DNA from: a virus
Strand: one strand, 5' to 3'
Virus record (IMG/VR): IMGVR_UViG_3300006735_000013
Coordinates: 32,001 to 96,000 of that record
Length of the DNA stretch: 64,000 nt
Shown here: in pieces, positions 55,054 to 64,000 of the stretch
Numbering within the stretch: the first letter of the stretch is position 1
Layout of the letters: every line of letters starts with the position of its first letter
Translations under genes and position numbers: made by a program
The notes under the pieces: model-generated
What the model saw: the letters and a program-made list of their open reading frames with translations, nothing else
What the model was told of the DNA's origin: nothing
Database searches by the model: none

Positions 55054-57981
55054 TTAGTCATCAAAAGAAGCACCAGTTCGGGTAATAACAAAATCAACTG
55101 CGATAAACTCAATGGCTCTTGCTGGCTTCAAGAAAATCTTTGCATACATAATATTTCTATCGATCAAGTCTGGAGTAGTAGTCGAACTATCCAAGATGAC
55201 CTTGAAATCTGTAAGGCCAAGTCTGGTCTTGACGCTCTCCAAGAATGGCACAACCTGTCCTGTAAAGCGATTCCAGGTTGCTTGAACGTTTTGGTCAAAA
55301 AGTAGCGTATTTGCAATTCGTGAAACTTCTCTCTTTACAAAGATCAAAAGTCGTCGTACGTTGATCCTGTCAAGCGCAGAAGGAGTCATTTGAAGCGTCT
55401 TTTGACCAAAGACCACAAGGCCTTCAGAAACAAAAGAAGCTATTGGGTTTATGTTTGCTTCATACAGTCTGTCTCTATCGGCTGATAGAAGCTGCTCAGA
55501 TGCCTGAAGGACTGGCATGCCCGCGTTGCCCTCGTTGAGGCCGCCGCGGTTGAAGCCTGCAGGTGCAAACCACACCTCGTCTCTCTGCTCTGTATAGCCC
55601 ATAACACCCAAAGCTATAACTGATGGTGGTACCCACACGTCTCGGGCACTCAGGTTGTCTCTGACCTTGACCCAGGGATAGTATGCAGCACCATAACTTG
55701 AATTTATCTGCCTAGCTGTGAGAGCCTTAGCACTCTTTGCTGGGTTTGTCTGGTTCACTCTTTGTTCAAAAGTTGCGCAAATCTTTTCAGATGGCGGAAC
55801 GTAAACATCCGGTAAATCGATAACGGCCAATGCATCCCCTCTTGCTTCGCAAGTTTGGACTAATTTAGTAGTTAGTGATGCATTTGATACGCCGGGTATG
55901 GTCGCAAGGTTCATCTCTAAGAATTCTGGATCCTTGATCAGCTCAATTGCGCGATCAATACTAGCGTGCGGTGAGCTGTTTCTAGAATTGCTGTCACTGT
56001 TCACAATTCTCATATTGAACGGGTCAGCCTCTAGTATGTTAACTCCGTCGAAGCCTGCAACCATTGGCATGGTAAAACCATCTACAACATCCAAGAGTGC
56101 TGAGGCTGAAAGTGCCTGGGCCTGAGCACCTCCACCTGCAGTAAAGGAGTCTCCCGAGTTAAAAGACCCTGATTCGAAGCAAACCTTTGTAGGGTTGAAT
56201 CCGGACATTTCATTTGAGAGCATGACGGCGCCGGTAACGACAACGTCATCCAATGAAAACACATATGCGTGTTTGCCAGCTGACGCGATTCCAGATACCT
56301 GCTCACCCACCAAAGCTGCGGAGGATACTGTCCCAAATCTTCTTAGGTAATCCTTTACTCCAATGTTGACAGAAGAGTAATTTAGCTTTCCAGCACTAGC
56401 AGATCCAGCTAATTTATTGTATTCTGCGTGACCCAAAATATATTGGGCGCCTAGGCCATTAGCTAACGTTCCAGATACTACATGTGGAACCTGTGGCCAC
56501 CTGACAGAAATCGCAGTGTCGAACTCATCGACCATGATCGATCCTGTTACCCAAGTGCTGCCAAACGGCAGAATTCTTGCTTGACCACTACGAGGACTTG
56601 CCTCAAGAAATTTTGCTGTTGTATTATCTTCGTTCTTTGGAACGATTGGGCCCAAGAATCCAAAAGGCACTGATGCTGGGTTATTTGGTCCTGATTCTAA
56701 AACATCTAAATTCATCTCTATTCTAATGAAGTTAGATTGATTCGGGTGACTTCCATAGACCCTATTTCTCTTTTGTGTTGAATCCCACTTGAGATACTGA
56801 TCTCCTATTCTTCTTGCAATGAAGTCCGTTGAGTTCGGATTCAGGTTTAGGTTCTCAAAAGAGTCAACAACAACAATACGGCGGCCGGCGCGCTGACGGA
56901 CAACGACATCAAATCTTCCGTACTGGTCAACACTTCCGGGGGCTGCAATCTTTATATTCTCTATTCTAACACTCAGGTTCATACCTTCTTCGCCTTCCTG
57001 AAGTGCGTGAAACCTGAAAAGCCTTTCTTGTGACTGTCCGACGAAGCCTGCGTCGCGGCCGCCGCCGAATTGAGGAAATATCCAGCCCGAGGATGCTGCA
57101 GAAAGCTCGTGGTTTTTGCTCTTGAAGTCCTCCATGTTTTCTGCTAATTTTGCAGCGAAAACGCAAATGCCGGTTGAACTACTTGCGTAAAGCCTTTCGT
57201 ACTCTTCTTCAAATGTCTCACCTAGCCAGTAGTTCGCAGCAAGAGATGCACCTGGAGGCGTCATAACTAGGCTGTTTGTAGCTACAGGGTTAGTGTTCAA
57301 GCGATCTCTTATGTATTTAGAGCCTTCTCTCATTGTGACTTTTCTTTCTAGTTTTGCGCCGCTGCTAGCTGACAAGACCACAGTAAATTCATGGCCGCTA
57401 AGCTTGACTGGTTGTGTTGGGTCTGCGCCGGCCGTTGCAACAGAAGTCTTTGTTGTTCCTGATCCGCTGATCAGCTCCTCTCCTTTTACACCGACAGAAA
57501 AGTTTGCCTCGTCGGTGTACACAATAGCGCCTAAGTGCGCCGTAAGGCTGTGGGTGTTTACACCGGAGCCACTATGCATAAAGAATAGCCCGTAAGCATT
57601 ACCTGTAGAGAGTGTCCAACCTGCTTCACCATTGGCGTCTGACGCATCGTCGCCCTGGACGCCTAGTAGTCTTATATATGTGACTGGTGAGTTTATGTCT
57701 GCATTCAAATAGGCCTGTGCCGCATATGTGCCATACGCTGGTGCTAAGAGGCCGTTGCCTTCTCTCCATGGATCACCCCCTTCGTTTCCTGGAAGTGGTT
57801 CACCGAAGACCTCCACAAATTCTTGAAAAGAGCTGACCTTTACAGCTTTCATTGCTGGGCCTCTTCTTGCTCGACCAATAATCACGGGTCCTACGCCACC
57901 TGGAGCTTTTGGCAACTGACTGTTGTCAATCTCGTTTAGGAAAACACCAGGTGATATAAATTTAAATTTCTTAGCTGACAT
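55054..57981 (-). CDS. tail sheath protein (gp18-like)
   Basis: SPGVF..EID, YYPWV, WFAPAG.NRG, INPI, GQKTL, LDRINVRRL, IEFI. Confidence 0.95.
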   Translation of the reverse strand: MSAKKFKFISPGVFLNEIDNSQLPKAPGGVGPVIIGRARRGPAMKAVKVSSFQEFVEVFGEPLPGNEGGDPWREGNGLLAPAYGTYAAQAYLNADINSPVTYIRLLGVQGDDASDANGEAGWTLSTGNAYGLFFMHSGSGVNTHSLTAHLGAIVYTDEANFSVGVKGEELISGSGTTKTSVATAGADPTQPVKLSGHEFTVVLSASSGAKLERKVTMREGSKYIRDRLNTNPVATNSLVMTPPGASLAANYWLGETFEEEYERLYASSSTGICVFAAKLAENMEDFKSKNHELSAASSGWIFPQFGGGRDAGFVGQSQERLFRFHALQEGEEGMNLSVRIENIKIAAPGSVDQYGRFDVVVRQRAGRRIVVVDSFENLNLNPNSTDFIARRIGDQYLKWDSTQKRNRVYGSHPNQSNFIRIEMNLDVLESGPNNPASVPFGFLGPIVPKNEDNTTAKFLEASPRSGQARILPFGSTWVTGSIMVDEFDTAISVRWPQVPHVVSGTLANGLGAQYILGHAEYNKLAGSASAGKLNYSSVNIGVKDYLRRFGTVSSAALVGEQVSGIASAGKHAYVFSLDDVVVTGAVMLSNEMSGFNPTKVCFESGSFNSGDSFTAGGGAQAQALSASALLDVVDGFTMPMVAGFDGVNILEADPFNMRIVNSDSNSRNSSPHASIDRAIELIKDPEFLEMNLATIPGVSNASLTTKLVQTCEARGDALAVIDLPDVYVPPSEKICATFEQRVNQTNPAKSAKALTARQINSSYGAAYYPWVKVRDNLSARDVWVPPSVIALGVMGYTEQRDEVWFAPAGFNRGGLNEGNAGMPVLQASEQLLSADRDRLYEANINPIASFVSEGLVVFGQKTLQMTPSALDRINVRRLLIFVKREVSRIANTLLFDQNVQATWNRFTGQVVPFLESVKTRLGLTDFKVILDSSTTTPDLIDRNIMYAKIFLKPARAIEFIAVDFVITRTGASFDD

Positions 57982-58042
57982 ATGAATAAATCTCCTCGAT
58001 ACGGGCTTTCTTTTGCAAAAACAAAATAAATTATTACTCTAG

Positions 58043-58049
58043 TAAATAG
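58043..58049 (-). promoter_or_regulatory. candidate late promoter motif CTATTTA (also 15232, 19937, 21486, 24900, 26688, 53292, 61964)
   Basis: YTANTTA recurs shortly upstream of structural/late genes that lack a TTGAC -35. Confidence 0.5.
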
Positions 58050-58076
58050 TTAGAGATTTTTTCAAAAGTATAAAAG

Positions 58077-58109
58077 AAAAAAAAGAAAGCCCCGGGCTGA
58101 GCCGGGGCT
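58077..58109 (-). terminator. rho-independent terminator
   Basis: AGCCCCGG/CCGGGGCT stem followed by a T-rich tract. Confidence 0.75.
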
Positions 58110-58138
58110 GTAAAGGCAAGATATTTTAGGTAGGGTTT

Positions 58139-61100
58139 TTAGCTAGCGACATACTTGATAACGATTTCGTCACCAACGTTGATGTCAGTGCCTGCACTGA
58201 ATACCAGTCTTGATGAGTCAATCTTGTAATCCCAGTGGTCAGTAATGCCTGTGGCAGAACTTGAGAGGGACAAGTGAAGACCGTTGATATATACGGAAAC
58301 ACAGTTATCAGATGATGGTGTACCGGATAGTGGCAAATAATCGTACTTCGCTGACCCATCACTGTCGAAGGATGCAGTTGCAACTGCACGATCGATGACA
58401 TGCGAAAGACTGAAGACACCATTTGTAGCCTGAAGTCCGGCGCCTGCTTGGGCGGTTACAAGATCCTTGATGGATTCCTTCTTTACGTCTCCGTCATAGT
58501 CGCCATCCATGAACATGAAGTAATCGCTACCGACTGCGACGGCTGCTATCTCGGCGTCGACCTTTGATCCACTAAGAGACAAAGTTGTGCCGACAGTAAC
58601 ATTATCCGCAGTCACACCATAGATGGTCGCGACGCCAGAACCGGAAAAGATGCCATTCGCCATTGACAGGCCGCCCTCAGCAGTGAGAGAGCCGAATGAA
58701 CTCGTACCAGTTGAGGTAATAACACCACAACCAATAGTTCCGATTGTTGCAATATTCTTACTTGCATCCAGGACTACAGCCTTGTTACCGGCGGCTGTAC
58801 CATCGGTAATTCCGTCAAGCTTTTCAAGATCTGTCTCATTAAGGTCAGCTGAGCCAATGACAAAGCTAGATCCAGCGGTGATTGAACCTGAAGAAGCGAT
58901 AGCTCCTGTAGACTTCATCGTACCGACCATTTCTAGATTTCCTGAACCAGATATGAGGCCATTGACTGTAATTCCTGCGGCGCCATTGACAGTCAAAGCA
59001 TCAGTTGTCATCTTGTAGATAGTCGAAGTTCCAGAACCTGAAACTACGCCATTGACAGTCAGACCATCAGATGTAACCTTGTGGATAGTCGCGACACCAG
59101 AACCGGATATGATACCTGTGACATCGACACCTGCTGGCTTGACTGCTGCAATAGTTGATCCTGCGATCGCGTGAAGCATCTTTGTGCCAGTGTGCTCATA
59201 AAGCACAGAAGCAACAGTGTCGCTGCCCTGCTTGCCACCAACCTGGAGACCACCACCATCAGCTTGTGCTGAAGATGCAGAAAGAGCCGAGACAAGCAAT
59301 TTATCCTGGATCTGCAATGTGTTCACGGTTTCTGTAACACTGTTGATAGTAACAACATCTAGCTCATCGATTCTAGCGTAAGAAGCACTAAGTGTGGTAA
59401 TTCCACCAATGTTCTTATTTGCATCGAGAACTAGAGCCTTGCTAGCAGCTGCAGTACCATTTGTGATACCGTCGAGTTTTTCAAGGTCTGTCTCATTTAG
59501 ATCAGCTGATCCTATGATAAAGCTAGTTCCAGCCGTGATAGAGCCAGATGAGGCCATGTTGCCAGTTGACTCAATTGTGCCAACAACCTCCATTCCAGCA
59601 GAGCTTGAAAGCTTGCCAGTAGTGGTGATCGCTCCACAAGCAACGGTTCCAAGAGTGCCGATGTTCTTGCTGGCATCGAGAACGACGGCTTTATTTGCCG
59701 CGGCGGTACCATTGGTGATTCCGTCAAGTTTCTCAAGGTCTGTTTCGTTCAGATCAGCGCTGCCAATGATAATACTTGTACCAGCTTCAACAGCGCCGTC
59801 ACATTTAAATGATGCAGCAGAGATCTCTCCGGAGCCGGACAGGGTTGAGCCGCCGCTGATAGCGCCAGAAACAAACAATGCATTGCTGCTCTTGTAGTAT
59901 GTCAGGCCTGCGTCGCCGCCTAGTGCGTTACTATCGTTAAACTGAACTTGGGTATCAGTACCGCCTGCAAGTGATGCAATAAGCTCTGAAACCTTAATCT
60001 TCTTTGGCACCAATTCGCCGTCGACGTGAATTGCTAATAAGTCATCATCAGCTGCAGAGCCTTGTGTTGCAAGCCCAGTAAGTGAAAGCATTAGTGCTGG
60101 TTTATTGTCTCCAGAACTTGCTATACCACCTGATGATGAGACAGCAATCTGTTCTGCTGAAATTGTTAATCGTTTTGCCATGGATCCTCCTCCCGAGGCG
60201 GAACCACCTGACATACCTGAAATGGATGCATTTGTGGTTCCGAGTGTTGTTATTGTGACATTACCTGCTGTACCTTCAACATCATTTTCTAAACTAACTT
60301 CTGTTCCGCTGACTGTTGCCGTGATTCCAATCGGCAAGGTATTGATTGTTGATGCAAAATATGCTGCGAACTCGGTACCATCTAGACTGCCACCGGAGCT
60401 CGGGGCATGCCTTACAGAGTAGACTGGTTCATCTGGTGCATAAAGGTTTGCAATCCTATGTCCCGTTGATGAGTGATCATCTTTTGAGATGTGGGCTGCA
60501 GCCTTGGCAGTCGTCGTCCAACTACCTGAAGCTCTCTTGATTCTGAACTTCAAGGGGCCGTTTTCAACACCGTTTGCATCTGTCCTAAAGTTCAAGTAAT
60601 AAGTACTGTCCCTTGAGGCTGTGGTGATATTGATCTCTCCTGCTGTTTTTGCAGCGTTCAAGATATCTTTCAGCTCTTCTGCAATGTTATCGCCATCAAC
60701 ACCAGCATTGTTAGTATTAATGCTATAGTTACCTGCTGAGTCCTTACGAGCATAAGATGCTCCTGAAACGTCTGCGGTAAAAGTTCCAGTATTTATCAAA
60801 GTTACGTTGACAGTGTTACCATCGGCATCCGTAAACTCATATATCAGAGGCGTACTGCCGCCCGTTGACATGTCCTTAAAATCAGCATTAGTTTGGCTGT
60901 CAGCAACAAAACTAATGTACATGAAGTTTTTGTTTGTGGACGAGTTCTGATATAAAGTCAGAGCTTTTGACGCATTTCCGTTGAATGCGTTATTCGAACT
61001 ACCTAATGCTGATGAGCCAGACAAAGCATCTGTGCCGGCACCAGTTGTATTGGTAACTGCAAAGGTTACCTGCCCAAATCCGTCGCCTGTACCATCACTT

Positions 61101-61165
61101 AGCGTAATCTTAGCATACTGCGCTGGAGCCGATGAAAAATCAATCGTTCCTGTAGCTTTTGCCAT
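58139..61165 (-). CDS. large G/S/T/A-rich virion fibre/decoration protein
   Basis: three copies of GSADLNETDLEKLDGIT.GTAA..KA.VLDA.KNI; QVQFND...LGG fibre motif; YING C-domain. Confidence 0.8.
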   Translation of the reverse strand: MAKATGTIDFSSAPAQYAKITLSDGTGDGFGQVTFAVTNTTGAGTDALSGSSALGSSNNAFNGNASKALTLYQNSSTNKNFMYISFVADSQTNADFKDMSTGGSTPLIYEFTDADGNTVNVTLINTGTFTADVSGASYARKDSAGNYSINTNNAGVDGDNIAEELKDILNAAKTAGEINITTASRDSTYYLNFRTDANGVENGPLKFRIKRASGSWTTTAKAAAHISKDDHSSTGHRIANLYAPDEPVYSVRHAPSSGGSLDGTEFAAYFASTINTLPIGITATVSGTEVSLENDVEGTAGNVTITTLGTTNASISGMSGGSASGGGSMAKRLTISAEQIAVSSSGGIASSGDNKPALMLSLTGLATQGSAADDDLLAIHVDGELVPKKIKVSELIASLAGGTDTQVQFNDSNALGGDAGLTYYKSSNALFVSGAISGGSTLSGSGEISAASFKCDGAVEAGTSIIIGSADLNETDLEKLDGITNGTAAANKAVVLDASKNIGTLGTVACGAITTTGKLSSSAGMEVVGTIESTGNMASSGSITAGTSFIIGSADLNETDLEKLDGITNGTAAASKALVLDANKNIGGITTLSASYARIDELDVVTINSVTETVNTLQIQDKLLVSALSASSAQADGGGLQVGGKQGSDTVASVLYEHTGTKMLHAIAGSTIAAVKPAGVDVTGIISGSGVATIHKVTSDGLTVNGVVSGSGTSTIYKMTTDALTVNGAAGITVNGLISGSGNLEMVGTMKSTGAIASSGSITAGSSFVIGSADLNETDLEKLDGITDGTAAGNKAVVLDASKNIATIGTIGCGVITSTGTSSFGSLTAEGGLSMANGIFSGSGVATIYGVTADNVTVGTTLSLSGSKVDAEIAAVAVGSDYFMFMDGDYDGDVKKESIKDLVTAQAGAGLQATNGVFSLSHVIDRAVATASFDSDGSAKYDYLPLSGTPSSDNCVSVYINGLHLSLSSSATGITDHWDYKIDSSRLVFSAGTDINVGDEIVIKYVAS

Positions 61166-61253
61166 TATAATTCCTCCTGTTTGTTGTTCTCTTAACAGGT
61201 TCTCTAAATTACAAAATAACTAAAATGTATTGGGAATAAAGCTAATGAAACTT

Positions 61254-61658
61254 TTAACTTTTTATGAATATAACGCGATCTTCTGGACTGGACGGAAACT
61301 GAATACCATAACCTTGTTCTGGGACTCCATACTCTAATCTGAGAGAGTTGAGGTCCTCTAAAGCTTGCTGATTTAAAGAGTTGATCGCCGCGAGGTGCTC
61401 TTTCTTCTTTCTATCGTACTCTATAACTAGTTCGGCGAGGCGGCTTTTGTGTATCTTTACCGAAAGTAATTTTTCATACACACCTCTTGACTCTTCTTTT
61501 CCACATTCTACATAATCTGGAAACTCCTCATCAGATGGTTCGGGCTCTTCTTGTGGTGCCTCTTCCTGTTCTTGGGGTATTTCCTGTTCTGGTGCTGGTG
61601 CGATTATCTCTTCTTCTATGGTGGCCACCAATTCTTTTAGCTTATCTAGGATGCTCAT
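61254..61658 (-). CDS. hypothetical coiled-coil protein (paralog of 61988..62344)
   Basis: shared Y...P..P.E...F.K tail. Confidence 0.6.
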   Translation of the reverse strand: MSILDKLKELVATIEEEIIAPAPEQEIPQEQEEAPQEEPEPSDEEFPDYVECGKEESRGVYEKLLSVKIHKSRLAELVIEYDRKKKEHLAAINSLNQQALEDLNSLRLEYGVPEQGYGIQFPSSPEDRVIFIKS

Positions 61659-61674
61659 CTTGCTACCGCTCCGT

Positions 61675-61917
61675 TTATGAAAAAAGTATTTTTTTAAGAT
61701 TTCTAACATTGTTGTCAAATTTGCAAAAATCAGACTCTAAAAATTCTATTGATCGGGATCTACACAGCTCTTCCTTATCTTCGAATTCAAAATGAAACTT
61801 TCCCGTGCTTTGTCGAAAGCACTTCAATAACTTATGACCTCGAAGCTGCAAGTATGCTGCAATTCCTATATCGCTCGTAGAAAAGCTATTTTGTAAATCG
61901 TTATCTTGTTCTGACAT
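61675..61917 (-). CDS. small hypothetical protein (DUF5659-like)
   Basis: FSTSDIGIAAYL..G, F.F. Confidence 0.65.
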   Translation of the reverse strand: MSEQDNDLQNSFSTSDIGIAAYLQLRGHKLLKCFRQSTGKFHFEFEDKEELCRSRSIEFLESDFCKFDNNVRNLKKILFS

Positions 61918-61987
61918 CTTTCTCTCCGTTAAATTAGCCGGCTATGAATTTGTTATTATAACATAATTAGACGGGGAGTTGAGGTTT

Positions 61988-62344
61988 CTACTGGTAGGTT
62001 TCTTCTTTTCTCACAAAATACCCTTTTTCTCCTGGGTTAGTGGGAAGTTTAAGCTCGTATGTAAGACTTTCGTCAATGTTGAGATCTTTCTGGACCGCTT
62101 GTGCCATGGTATATAAATCAGCTTGGCCATACATAATCTGATTCATCATATTTGCTTTATTTTTTTCAAACTGAAGGCAGGAATTTGCAAAATAGTTTTC
62201 CAAATTTAGGAGCTTCTCGCGAAACTCAAAAACATGACTAACTTTATCCCAGTCGACCTCAATAATTTCTTGGCCATTCTTGATTGTGGCTTCTGTGTTT
62301 TTCTTATTTTCAGTAGTTTTTCTTTTGGCAGATGCTTTTGACAT
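61988..62344 (-). CDS. hypothetical coiled-coil protein
   Basis: GGAG RBS. Confidence 0.6.
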   Translation of the reverse strand: MSKASAKRKTTENKKNTEATIKNGQEIIEVDWDKVSHVFEFREKLLNLENYFANSCLQFEKNKANMMNQIMYGQADLYTMAQAVQKDLNIDESLTYELKLPTNPGEKGYFVRKEETYQ

Positions 62345-62394
62345 TCTTTCTCCTTTTGTACCTATGTGAATTATACCACAAGAAAAAATGTTTT

Positions 62395-63612
62395 TTAGCC
62401 TTTTATATAAGTTATCTGAACTGTATCTTCCGGGTCTAGGTCTTCGGTGAATACTATAGTATTTCCACTAACTGTGTAATCTTTATCCGCCCCCACGGCC
62501 TGTATCAAACCATTAAGCATAACAAGTTCGGTATTATCCCTTATGGTGAACTGAGTTGTGAAAGTTCTCTTATCGTCTGGTAGTGCGGCTGCTTCTGTTT
62601 TTAGGACTTCGCCGATTTGCATACTATTTGACATATTCTCTGCAAGAGTCTCTGTTGTGACCACATTAGATGAGACACTAGCTCCAGAGCCGCCAAGAGA
62701 GGAAAAGAAGCTTGACGCGGGGGTATTACCTATAACAACTGGGCCTGAGAAGAACCTGTCTAGCTGATCTTGTGATATTCCTGAAAGGCCAAAATATGCA
62801 CCGTTTTCGTGTTCCGGAATTTCCGCTAAAGTTATTCTCTCTCTCGGTATCTTTACTTCTACAATGTTCTCCCTGATGGAATAGTGAGGCTTTTCTCTAT
62901 TTGGACCTTCGCCGACAATATATCCAATAACTTTGATGTTTATCTTTGTTTCAAACTTTCTCTCATCTGATGAAAAATCAGATAGGTTGTCTGTTGAACT
63001 ATATTCTGGCTGAATGAATCCTTCGTATTTGTGGTCTTTTTCTGTAAGCCTAATAAAGTTTACTGTTCCCGGTTTTGTCGCAAAAGGCGTCATAAGATCG
63101 TTCATTTGCTGTTGGTACTCGGTTCTCAGAGTTACTTCGTACATTACCTCTACGTTGACTGGCATAGGAACAGTTACGGTTCTATAAACGACCTTTGGAT
63201 TTGCTCCTGGGAAGTTTTTCTGGCCATGGAGCCTATATGCGTCTGCATTTGCAAATTTCATGGTCTTTTCTTGGTATAGCACCCTACTAACATCTAGAGA
63301 CCCACCCTTATCATCAGGTATTTCCGGCACATTACCCTGAAACACGCCCTGACTCTGTCTTGTCTTAGTGAATCCTGACCTTCTTATAGAAATAATTGGT
63401 AAAACAAGTAATCCCTGACTGTCTCTTACTTCTTTGTTGCCTTTTGCTTGAAAAGATCGTTCAGCAGTGCCCCAGATAACCGGAACGGGCTTGAAACCCT
63501 TATTTGTCATAGTTGAAAGACTGAGCGATTCTACAAAGTTCAGAACAGACTGGTCGATAGTCTCTATTGTTGAGACTTCAAAGTGAAGTTTCCCGTTAAT
63601 TATCTCTGACAT
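62395..63612 (-). CDS. tail completion / sheath terminator (gp15-like) with extra C-terminal domain
   Basis: ETID, VPV.W...ER, LPIISI.R, P..V...YE...T.Y.QQMN; C-terminal LNGL..DYT domain. Confidence 0.72.
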   Translation of the reverse strand: MSEIINGKLHFEVSTIETIDQSVLNFVESLSLSTMTNKGFKPVPVIWGTAERSFQAKGNKEVRDSQGLLVLPIISIRRSGFTKTRQSQGVFQGNVPEIPDDKGGSLDVSRVLYQEKTMKFANADAYRLHGQKNFPGANPKVVYRTVTVPMPVNVEVMYEVTLRTEYQQQMNDLMTPFATKPGTVNFIRLTEKDHKYEGFIQPEYSSTDNLSDFSSDERKFETKINIKVIGYIVGEGPNREKPHYSIRENIVEVKIPRERITLAEIPEHENGAYFGLSGISQDQLDRFFSGPVVIGNTPASSFFSSLGGSGASVSSNVVTTETLAENMSNSMQIGEVLKTEAAALPDDKRTFTTQFTIRDNTELVMLNGLIQAVGADKDYTVSGNTIVFTEDLDPEDTVQITYIKG

Positions 63613-64000
63613 TGAATAAGCCCTCCCTTGCTCTCACACATGAAGCAGCAATCTCAAAACTTGACTCAACTTGACCAAATAACCACTTTGGCTCTTGCAA
63701 AGACAGTATTTCGTACATGTTTTCACCGTACTGAACAAAATCTCCTTCTCTTACAAACAAATCTTGATCCTCTGTTAGCCTTCTCTTATGGAAAGCAACT
63801 GAGATCTTCTCTACTCTGTCAACACCAAGTGGCGTTGTTGTTGTGTTTTGTGATTCCCACTTCACCATTGCGTATACGCGGATTGGATCAAGGAAGCTTT
63901 TATCTAATGCTTCACCATATAAGCTATGAAAATTGGTGTGTTCAAGACTTATAGGGTAATATATGATGGTTTGACCAATGACTCGCTCAATAACCTCATC
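63596..64000 (-). CDS. neck / head-closure protein (gp14-like), 5'-truncated
   Basis: open frame to the window edge: EVIE..IGQ...YY...LYGEA...REGDFV.YG...YEI. Confidence 0.75.
   Translation of the reverse strand, partial: DEVIERVIGQTIIYYPISLEHTNFHSLYGEALDKSFLDPIRVYAMVKWESQNTTTTPLGVDRVEKISVAFHKRRLTEDQDLFVREGDFVQYGENMYEILSLQEPKWLFGQVESSFEIAASCVRAREGLFNVRDN

Noticed and set aside
60175-60200. Synthetic BamHI/NcoI GS-linker (engineering artefact)
   Set aside because: There is no other vector signature; it is explained by a natural GGAGG RBS plus ATG.
12-63954. Plus-strand ORFs in the track
   Set aside because: All are antisense shadows of coherent, tightly packed minus-strand genes and lack RBS or motifs.
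1-64000. Stop-codon reassignment
   Set aside because: Conserved genes are intact in the standard code, all three stops are used, and no suppressor tRNA is present.

Overview
A 64-kb segment of a large myovirus-type (probably jumbo) bacteriophage genome. Essentially all real genes are on the minus strand, so transcription runs from high to low coordinates. From right to left there are four blocks. (1) ~46.6-64 kb: neck, tail-completion, fibre-like, tail sheath, tail tube, tail chaperone (candidate +1 frameshift), tape measure and baseplate genes. (2) ~27-46.7 kb: replication and nucleotide metabolism (compact family-A polymerase, tubulin/FtsZ-like protein, gp32-like SSB, RecA/UvsX, 5'-3' exonuclease, DnaB-like helicase, NrdJ, ThyX, DnaE, dUTPase, GuaB-like), plus a myxobacterial-type Cys-rich/VWA lipoprotein. 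(3) ~15-27 kb: GroEL, ClpP, glutaredoxin, UvsE, a stand-alone sigma region-4 protein and probable head-packaged proteins. (4) ~0-15 kb: a hyperplastic early region of small genes with many sigma70-type promoters, 4 tRNAs, a DNA methyltransferase, a MoxR-AAA/VWA pair, a desaturase-like gene, a cytidylyltransferase and Hsp20. The most unusual signal is a repeat-delimited array of 9 tiny, mutually divergent 'MKVGDLV' genes (10027-11574), with a second array at 643-1241. They are joined by a conserved ~30-nt junction that carries the ribosome-binding site, the stop of one gene ('ISESR*') and the start of the next. This looks like a plug-and-play gene cassette system. All functional calls come from motif recognition by eye; no database search was run.
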